From Octopus sinensis (Eukaryota), in the NCBI RefSeq assembly GCF_006345805.1, contig NW_021829191.1, positions 1 to 6,831 on the forward strand: 6,831 nt of DNA, read 5' to 3'. Positions within the stretch are counted from its first letter, which is position 1, and each line of letters starts with the position of its first letter. Of the stretch, positions 1-6,697 are shown piece by piece. The notes below the pieces were generated by a model that saw nothing but the letters and a program-made list of their open reading frames with translations, did no database searches and was not told the origin of the DNA. Both the position numbers and the translations under genes were made by a program.

Positions 1-63
1 ATATATAGGTAGCGATTATCAGGTTGCGCAATTACCAGTGTTTTTATTGTGACACCATCACCA

Positions 64-132
<69 letters not shown>
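64..132. repeat. (ATT)n microsatellite, ~23 units
   Basis: Pure ATT/TTA run; explains the poly-Tyr in ORF 24..248. Confidence 0.97.
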
Positions 133-133
<1 letters not shown>

Positions 134-354
134 TGTTCATTGCTTGGGTGCCTTTCAATTACTAAATGCTAGCATCTATGAGAAACTAGTCACGCGTGTG
201 TTTTTTGTAAAGTTTCATAAGAGACGGGTTCTTAGACCCAGTGCATAAGCTAGGTTTATGTAGAATATTCCTAATAGGAGTATGGAATAACATACCCTTG
301 GTAGACAAAAAGCGATGGGGTATTCCTATCTATACCTGTCTATACTCAGCCCAT

Positions 355-648
355 GCAAGCATACATACATATAACTACAGAACCACAGATGCACCTATAC
401 TACCACTAACCAGATATACACTCACACCCATATACATGTATATCCAAACTCGCTCATACACACACCCTTATCACCACACATGCGCACACACGTATATATC
501 CATTTCCAGACCTTTGGATACATATGTGTATAAACACCCAGAAGCCCATGGCTTCTTGCATTGCCTCTCATATATACAAAATATATATATAATATATATA
601 CATGCTCATACATATGCCTATATATGTTTATATACACACGCACACACT
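355..648. repeat. Degenerate (CA)/(TA)/(CATA) low-complexity region
   Basis: Interspersed ACAC, ATAT and CATA runs; gives the H/T/Y/I-rich spurious ORFs 241..657 and 422..715. Confidence 0.65.
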
Positions 649-756
649 TGGAACTAGCACTTGAGTAAGAATAATTGCGTACACTACAAGCAGTATATTG
701 GACAGATACTATCACTTAGTTGGTTTCTCAACGTCTATCACAGATATATATATATA

Positions 757-784
757 CTAGCAGTATCGCCCGGCGTTGCTCGGG
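757..784 (-). other. Helitron 3' terminal signal: GC-rich hairpin (769-784) + CTAG
   Basis: CCCG(A)GC-AAC-GCCGGG stem-loop 8 nt before the terminal CTAG on the minus strand. Confidence 0.82.
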
Positions 785-809
785 TTGTAAGGGAAATAAC
801 TATATAAGC

Positions 810-1010
810 ATTTTTAGAGAGTTATAGCCAAAAAATAGCAAAAAAATGCATTAAAAATTGAAAAAAATTAAGGTAATTTTTTCTTTAAATCGTTGACACA
901 TCGTAGATATTTTTAGAGAGTTACTACTTCCCTATATAAAAGCGAAAAAAATGCATTAAAATGGAAAAATATGATGGTAATTTTTTTTTAATCGTAGACT
1001 CATCGTAGAC
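810..1010. repeat. Diverged ~99-bp tandem duplication (2 copies) inside the Helitron
   Basis: ATTTTTAGAGAGTTA at 810 and 909; both copies continue with AAAAAAATGCATTAAAA...GGTAATTTTTT...AATCGT(T/A)GAC(A/T)CATCGTAGA. Confidence 0.85.
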
Positions 1011-1035
1011 GCGCGCTAATACCCAGAAGGGCTCG

Positions 1036-1518
1036 TTTGTTATTCTGGGTAACTTTCTGTAAAATTATTAAAATTTTGTTCAAACATCGCTATAGAAAAT
1101 GGGTTATTAGCTAATATTCAATTGGGTATACAACAAAATTTTACGATAGAATTTGTTATTCTGGGTAACATTCTGTAAAATTATTAAAATTTTGTTCAAA
1201 CATCGCTATAGAAAATGGGTTATTAGCTAATATTCAATTGGGTATACAACAAAATTTTACGATAGAATTTGTTATTCTGGGTAACTTTCTGTAAAATTAT
1301 TAAAATTTTGTTCAAACATCGCTATAGAATGGGTTATTAGCTAATATTCAATTGGTATACAACAAAATTTTACGATAGAATTTGTTATTCTGGGTACTTT
1401 CTGTAAAATTATTAAAATTTTGTTCAAACATCGCTATAGAAAATGGGTTATTAGCTAATATTCAATTGGGTATACAACAAAATTTTACGATAGAATTATT
1501 TTTCTGGTTAACTTTCTG
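1036..1518. repeat. Tandem minisatellite array, ~116-bp unit, 4.2 copies
   Basis: Units start at 1036, 1152, 1268 and 1381 (116, 116, 113, 115 bp), plus a degenerate partial unit from 1496. Units differ by only one substitution and a few 1-2 nt indels in homopolymer or short runs. Confidence 0.98.
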
Positions 1519-2101
1519 ATACCCATAATAATATTTATGGCAAAATAGGCCTTAATTTCATTTAAGGTTGTGGGAAATAACAAACTATCCTTTCTTTTCG
1601 TTTTGTTTTCGTTTAGCGTAACAGTTCGTTTCTGCCGTAATGATTTCAAATGGGCTCATTCGAAAAAGTAAATAGAATAGTGTAAGGCTTTACTCTTCTG
1701 GGAAAGTCTGTGGCTTGGTTGCAGTTTCTTCAGAAAAATCACCGAAAGAAACAGTTTTTAAATTTCACTCCATTCAGGTACCAATTCGTTTTCTTTATCG
1801 TATCGCTGTCGGATTCACTGTTTTCACTTTAATAGCTGCCAACTTGCAAAGACAAGGAGGAGAAGGGGTGATAGCGTGAGTGAAACAATTCGCTCCCTTT
1901 GTGTGTGTGTGCGTTTGCGTGTGGTGTAAACCAGACTAAGAAAGCATTTGACACACACACCAGAATGTGAGTTTTCTGTAAATTTTGCTTAATTGGAGTT
2001 TAAATTTTAAAAACTGGACCTGGCATGACGCGATGCATTGTACTCTTAAAACTGCTAGGTAAATTGTAATTGAAGAAATCCTATATTGTAGATTTGTATA
2101 A

Positions 2102-2130
2102 CTCCCAAAGGGAGGCAGATAAAATCTGCC
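2102..2130. other. Two adjacent perfect hairpins near the Helitron 5' end
   Basis: CTCCC-AAA-GGGAG (2102-2114) and GGCAGAT-AAA-ATCTGCC (2114-2130), sharing G2114. Confidence 0.85.
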
Positions 2131-2145
2131 TTTTATAATAAGAGA

Positions 2146-2219
2146 TATATATATATATGTGTATGTGTGTGTATGTGTGGTGTTGTGTTGTGTGTGTGTG
2201 TGTGTTTGTGTGTGTGTGT
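2146..2219. repeat. (TA)n/(TG)n compound microsatellite
   Basis: TATATA then TGTGTG with interruptions. Confidence 0.92.
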
Positions 2220-2308
2220 AAGGTGATATATAAAATCCATTGATCGAGGTGTAGGGAAACGATCAAAGACAATAGTGCGTATTGAAGCGCGGAAGTTTCG
2301 GTGTTTTT

Positions 2309-2329
2309 ACGTATCGAAGTTCGATACGT
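2309..2329. other. 21-nt palindrome ACGTATCGAA-G-TTCGATACGT
   Basis: Perfect 10-bp inverted repeat with a 1-nt spacer. Confidence 0.9.
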
Positions 2330-2562
2330 TTGAAAAATTACTTTTCCTATTTCTCGGAAGGCGATTAGGGTTGCCCGGTGGGGCGAATTAGAATACAAGA
2401 GTTAAGGAATGGAGTAGATAGGATCCGGGTTACATATGTTTCATAGCAAGCAGAACCTTGGAAATGGTAAATAACCGAGATTGTTGTATACTGGAGGCTG
2501 CTTTTCAAGGCCAAAGATATCTTGATTAAATGAAAGTTTACATTATCGCAAGGAGGTATACA

Positions 2563-2790
2563 TACTTGTGTCAGTCGACTATGGCCATGCTTGGGCATCG
2601 CCTGGAAATATTTTAGTCGAATGGTGAATAGACCCCAGGACTTATTTGTTTAGCCTGATACTTATTCTATCAATGCAGAGCCGCTAAGTTATGTCGAGGA
2701 AAATGGACCACCACCGGCTACAAAGTGGATGTTGCGATACACCCAAACACTGAAATGTGCACATACACGCACACACACACACACACACAC
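2563..2790 (-). mobile_element. Old, degraded SINE 3' half (same family as 4335-4780 and 6083-6439)
   Basis: TGGCCATGCTTGGGCATCGCC...TAGTCGA...GACCCCAGGACTTATT...TACTTATTCTATC...CCGCTAAGTT aligns with the 3' half of the other two copies, then runs into a CA tract as they do. Confidence 0.8.
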
Positions 2791-2872
2791 AAACAGATTT
2801 AGAAAGACAGTTAGAAATTCAGGCAGACATACAAACAGATAGATAGATAGACAAACAGACAGAAAGACACAC
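2745..2872. repeat. (CA)n followed by degenerate (GATA)/(GACA) repeats
   Basis: ACACACAC 2761-2790; AGATAGATAGATAGACAAACAGACAG ~2837-2862. Probably the SINE's internal simple-repeat zone. Confidence 0.8.
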
Positions 2873-2874
2873 AG

Positions 2875-3620
2875 GTGCTGGTGGATGATGTGGGCTGGTC
2901 ACTGAATCATGATTTATCGCCCGCCTTCAAAATCTCTGCAGTGATAGTGTAGATTCCAAGGGTTTTGCTGTTGTTGAGCTTCTTCAGGGTGGCCCTGACC
3001 ACGTCGGGGTGATAGGACACAACCTGTAAGTGATGTGGTATAGCGACGGTTAGGCTGCGATGGATGGGAACAGTTGGGTGATGAAGAAGAAGGCTAAAGC
3101 TCTCCTTCCAGCGTTTGAAGCAGGTGGTTTCCTTGACTACGGCGTTGTCATTGGTATCCTTCACCTGTGCTGTCTTGACTGGAGACAAGCACAGGCTCTT
3201 TGGAGCATGTTCACACACCTGGTGTATGTCGTCGCTCTTTGATGCTGCCTCCAGACGTTCGCTTCTTCTGCCGAATTTCCCTCTTTTATCTGAGACGGCA
3301 TTGCTGCATTCGGGTCGATCCTGCTGTACTCATTCATGTCGCCACGCATTCGGGCCTCCGGTGGTAATTGGTTACCTTCAAGATCCTTCGAAGAAGTATT
3401 GTGTTTACCAGGAAATAATGTGCAGACTGGTTGACATTTGATTTGAAGATCTCTCAGTTGACAGTCTCATTGTCAGCCAGGGTAATGAAGCGATTGATCA
3501 AAGAACCCGCGAATATTGAGGCGCGATGTTAGGATCATGGAGACAGGAGGAATCATGGCGGGGATGGTTCTTGGTGACGAGATTCACTTGCAACTTAAAT
3601 ATGAGTGTCCCAACCAGTCA
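2875..3620 (-). pseudogene. Decayed RTE-like LINE ORF fragment: end of APE endonuclease, linker and start of RT
   Basis: Minus-strand conceptual translation across frameshifts and stops: LVGTLIFKLQV...HDSSCLHDPNIAPQY...NRFITLADNETVN*EIFKSNV...RMRGDMNEYSR...DKR...RLEAASKSDD...VKDTNDNAVVKETTCFKRWKESFSLLLH...VRATLKKLNNSKTLGIYTITAEILKAG. This matches the RTE-type pattern RW.EHF..LLN / IKKLKNNKAPG.DGITAEMLKAGG. Confidence 0.85.
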
Positions 3621-3938
3621 TCGAAAGTTCTCAAGCTTGTCGACGCGCCTCCCAAGACCATCACCCTGTTCCAACAGGTGTATAGCAGTACCGAGTGCTG
3701 CGTGCGGGTGAACGGCAAGGATTCTGACTGGTTCTCCATTAACAGGGGATCAAAAAGATTGAAAGGCCACCCCTGACCTTTTCAACTGTGTCATCGATTG
3801 TCTGATGGCCAAGGTCTGTAAGAAAGTATCTGGTGGTGCCTTCGAGACTTAACCATTTTACCAACCTGGCGTATAGGAACAATACTACTCTACTGAGCAA
3901 ATTGATCGACCCGGTCGGAGATGCACTGACCATACACA
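3621..3938 (+). pseudogene. Decayed RTE-like LINE reverse transcriptase core fragment
   Basis: KVLKLVDAPPKTITLFQQVYSSTECCVRVNGKDSDWFSINRG / PDLFNCVIDCLMAKV / NLAYRNNTTLLS. The last is the degenerate YADD motif (YRNN at 3872-3883). Frameshifted. Confidence 0.85.
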
Positions 3939-3940
3939 AC

Positions 3941-3998
3941 TTATAAGGCTTTGGTCAGCTGACGGCTATAACAGAAGATAATTGCTTCTTGCCACAGT
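3941..3998 (-). mobile_element. Degraded SINE core fragment
   Basis: TAAGGCTTTGGTCAGCTGACGGCTATAACAGAAGATAATTGC resembles CAAGGCATTGGTCGGCCCGGGGCTATAGCAGAAGACACTTGC at ~6316-6357. Confidence 0.7.
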
Positions 3999-4026
3999 TA
4001 CTCTTGTGCCTACGAACGTGTGTAAT

Positions 4027-4050
4027 ATGTGTGTGTGTGTGTGTTTGTGT
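4027..4050. repeat. (TG)n microsatellite
   Basis: ATGTGTGTGTGTGTGTGTTTGTGT. Confidence 0.9.
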
Positions 4051-4334
4051 CAGTATCTCGCTCTATATAAAGGAATAAGATCCAGGTCTGTAAGCGTCAA
4101 GCAGTGTGTGGCAGGTTTTTGTAGAACAAAAGAGGACAGTGTACAATAAGAAACAGTAACAATGTGTTGGCATCGAGATTTGTACACTTTTTCCCAAATC
4201 AATTTTCCAAGGAAATCTCGATAAACTGACGGCTTCTATATAGTTGAGAGATCGCAACTAGAGCTGTAACAAACATGAATAAAAACCTATTTTGGACACA
4301 CACACCACACACACCACACACACACACACAGAAA

Positions 4335-4494
4335 TGCGTGTGTGTGTGATAAGAAGCTTGCTTAGCAACCAAATGGATCTGGGTTCCACTACGTGGCACC
4401 TTCGGCAAGTGTTTTCTACTATAGTCTCGGGCCAACCAAAGCCTTGTGACTGGATTTGGTAGACGAAAACTGAAAGAAGTCCGCCATATTTATT

Positions 4495-4542
<48 letters not shown>

Positions 4543-4780
4543 GTGTGTGTGTGTGTGTGTGCGTTTGTGTGTGTGTGTCTGTGTTTATCCCCCCGCCAAC
4601 ATCGCTTGACAACCGATGCTGGTGTGTTTACATCTCCCTAATTTAGCGGTTCGGGAAAGAGACAGAGAATAAGTAATAGGTTTACAAAGAATATATCGTG
4701 AGGTCGATTTGCTCGCCTAATAGTGGTGCTCCTGCATGGCCGCAGTCAAATGACTGAAACAAGTAAAAGAACACAAGAAT
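4335..4780 (+). mobile_element. tRNA-derived SINE, near full length, eroded head (octopus-type SINE by recall)
   Basis: Eroded head (GATAAGAAGCTTGC...GGGTTCCACT), core GTGGCACCTTCGGCAAGTG...GGATTTGGTAGACGAAAACTGAAAGAAG, internal (TG)n 4500-4578, 3' part ...GCATGGCCGCAGTCAAATGACTGAAACAAGTAAAAGA. About 87% identical to the 6083-6439 copy over the ~97-nt core (hand count). Confidence 0.9.
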
Positions 4781-5640
4781 ACATTTGACAGTTTTCACAA
4801 AAGGAAAATAAAACTCCTTATCACATCCAAAAAAAAGCATTTTAAAAATTCAAAACCTGTCAAAACTAGGTTTTGGCTGAGAGATGAAGGTTTACTGAAA
4901 TTATCTGCCCTTCACTTCCACCACAGCCTCAACACATCTTCAAAGCCTGGCATATGCGTTCCTCACTGTGTCCTTGGGGAGATTTTCGAACCTCTCTTTG
5001 ATCTTGGTCATCAGCTTGAACTTAGTGCTACAGGAAGAGTGGTTGGTATCTTTCTCAATTGCGCCCCTCACATAGTAATCCAGGGTATTACAATCAGGGG
5101 AATTAGGGGACCAGAAATTCGGGCAGGGGCAGTCGTAGAAAATCTCCAACAATCACGTCTGGTTCCTTCCAGCGGTATGACGAAGAATGGCAACACTCTC
5201 CAGGCCAGAGTTTGATCCCAGTCTGCAGCAGTTTCAACAAAGCTGTCGTATAGAGCGTAACTCACTGCCTGCTCAACGATGTGGCAATGAATTGTGGTGT
5301 GGTGCAGACACAATCAGAACTCCTACTATGTCCCTTCCCAGTAGCTACAGATTCACAGTCTCATGCGTGTGTCACATCTCACAGCCTTTACAGTATTCAC
5401 AGAGCATTGAGCATCAGTCATGATGTCGGCATTTTGATATCCACCAAAAATTACAATGATACAGGAAACTCTTTTCAAATATTCAGAAATTTAATCTCCA
5501 TGGTCTCCAACGCTGTTGACTGTTCACTAATGCATGAAGCTCTTGGGGAAAAGAAGTAGACTAAACAAATCACCAAATTTGTGTATTTATAATATGTACA
5601 AGCGCTCACCCGACCTTTGACCCAGTGTGTACTCTACACA
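4781..5640 (-). mobile_element. Internally deleted Tc1/mariner-superfamily DNA transposon (maT/DD37D-like); ends uncertain
   Basis: Contains transposase remnants (next feature). The stretch ATTTGACAGTTTTCACAAAAGG at ~4783 may be a partial TIR, but no matching TIR was found on the other side. Confidence 0.65.
4892..5501 (-). pseudogene. Tc1/mariner transposase pseudogene (N-terminal HTH fused to C-terminal catalytic part)
   Basis: ATG at 5501: MEIKFLNI*K...IIVIFGGYQNADIMTDAQCSVNTVKAVR (HTH-like)...GHSRSSDCVCTTPQFIA, then a jump to KLLQTGIKLW...HTAGRNQT*LLEIFYD...FWSPNSPDCNTLDYYVRGAIEKDTN...VRNAYARL*RCVEAVVEVKG. WSPNSPDCNTLDY is the W.P.SPD.NP.D motif with Asp as third catalytic residue. Spacing is compatible with DD37D if four eroded residues are restored. 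Confidence 0.85.
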
Positions 5641-5779
5641 AATGTATTCATAAAACATCTATCGTAATGCTTATGTATTAAGATCTTAGTTAAAGGTTAC
5701 TAGTCGCTCCTCTCCAAAGATAAGTTTTAAATTCCAAGCTAACTTGTCGTTGGTTTGATGTTTCCCGTTCTCTGGAGGG

Positions 5780-6050
5780 CAGGCATTTCTATCTGCGTTA
5801 CTTTGAAGTGTTCTGTTAACGTATATCCTCTTAAGCTGGCTTTTCTAATGGCTTGAGACTCGAACCTCTGTCGTTTCCCCTCTGGTGTCTCTTGTTCCCT
5901 CCAGCAGGCTTGCCTAGTTGTTTGAAACTGATGTTTTACTTCCTGTTGCTGTTGTGTCTCTACGACATTTCTTTGTCTCCGTGCCTGTCCTGCCTTTCTT
6001 CTCGTGTCTCCATAGACCTTCAACTTCGGGAGCTTTGAGCTCCAGATGAT
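5780..6050 (-). pseudogene. Decayed STPR-like (23-aa, ET-initiated) charged repeat coding fragment, probably a Helitron Rep/helicase N-terminus
   Basis: RSMETREERQDR (other frame) / ETQQQQEVKHQFQTTRQACWREQ / ETPEGKRQRFESQAIRKASLRGY. ET codons (GAGACA) start at 6010, 5960 and 5891, i.e. 50 and exactly 69 nt (23 codons) apart. Confidence 0.5.
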
Positions 6051-6082
6051 TGAAAAATATTATGTTGTCTTCTACGCATCAT

Positions 6083-6439
6083 ACTCTCTTTGCTCTCTTT
6101 ACTCTTTTACTTGTTTGAGTCATTTGACTGCGGCCATGCTGGAGCACCGCCTTATTCTTTGTAAGCCCAGTACTTATTCTATCGGTCTCTTTTGCCGAAC
6201 CGCTAAGTGACAGGGACGTAATGCTAGGGGACAAACACACACACATACACATATATACATATATATACATATATACGACAGGCTTCTTTCAGTTTCCGTC
6301 TACCAAATCCACTCACAAGGCATTGGTCGGCCCGGGGCTATAGCAGAAGACACTTGCCCAAGGTGCCACGCAGTGGGACTGAACCCGGAACCATGTGGTT
6401 GGTTAGCAAGCTACTTACCACACAGCCACTCCTGCGCCT
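6083..6439 (-). mobile_element. tRNA-derived SINE, younger copy with intact head and two internal deletions
   Basis: Minus strand AGGCGCAGGAGTGGCTGTGTGGTAAG...CCGGGTTCAGTCCCACTGCGTGGCACC, core, (TA/TG) tract, 3' part and tandem tail GTAAAAGAGTAAAGAGAGCAAAGAGAGT. Confidence 0.93.
6375..6428 (-). promoter_or_regulatory. Pol III internal promoter (A box and B box) of the SINE head
   Basis: A box TGGCTGTGTGG (6428-6418); B box GGTTCAGTCCC (6385-6375); tRNA-like spacing. Confidence 0.75.
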
Positions 6440-6597
6440 GAATGTTCTGAAGTAAAATATCTAAAAAAAATCCACAATAAATCCCGTAACATGCAATTCA
6501 TTTTTGTTGTTTCTAAATTCAATCACGTGACTTTATTTCATTCGTTTACCAAACTTCATAAAAATCGGTTCAATAAATTTTCATTTATCATTATACA

Positions 6598-6697
6598 TCT
6601 ATATGTATGTATGTGTATGTTGTGTATAACCTCATACATAGGCATACATATTTTATACACCAATGCCTGTGCATTGCTTGTGTGTGTGTGTGTGTGA
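6598..6697. repeat. Degenerate (TATG)n and (TG)n microsatellites
   Basis: TATGTATGTATGTGTATG ~6600-6620; TGTGTGTG 6679-6697. Confidence 0.8.

Larger units (their letters stand above)
757..2145 (-). mobile_element. Non-autonomous Helitron, apparently full length (~1389 bp)
   Basis: Minus strand starts A|TCTCTTATTATAAAAGG (TC at 2145-2144) and ends CCCGAGCAACGCCGGG-8 nt-CTAG|T (CTAG at 760-757). No TSD; inserted between A and T with (TA)n on both flanks. These are canonical Helitron termini. No Rep/helicase coding sequence inside. Confidence 0.8.

Noticed and set aside
266-282. Imperfect palindrome TATTCCTA-A-TAGGAGTA
   Set aside because: Short, AT-rich and mismatched; within chance expectation.
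24-715. ORFs 24..248, 241..657 and 422..715 as genes
   Set aside because: They are translations of microsatellite and low-complexity DNA (poly-Y; H/T/Y/I or V/C/M-rich) with no recognisable domain.
1036-1518. CRISPR-like regularly repeated array
   Set aside because: Whole 116-bp units are repeated with no unique spacers, there are no cas genes, and the context is eukaryotic. It is a tandem minisatellite.
2447-2555. Possible internal exon (TTTCATAG| ... GAG|GTATAC)
   Set aside because: All three frames contain stop codons and there is no homology cue.
2907-3939. Functional RT or other proteins from ORFs 2907..3218, 3060..3242, 3115..3441, 3516..3776 and 3739..3939
   Set aside because: These are fragments or antisense/off-frame readings of a decayed LINE with many stops and frameshifts; the YADD motif is destroyed (YRNN).
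4295-4348. Long inverted repeat (CA)n...(TG)n
   Set aside because: Complementarity arises trivially from adjacent CA and TG microsatellites at the eroded SINE head.
4940-5559. Active transposase, or genes from plus-strand ORFs 5187..5423 and 5281..5559
   Set aside because: The minus-strand transposase is deleted and frameshifted; the plus-strand ORFs are its antisense shadows.
6365-6439. tRNA gene
   Set aside because: A and B boxes are present, but the sequence runs directly into the SINE core and no clean cloverleaf is evident. It is a SINE head.
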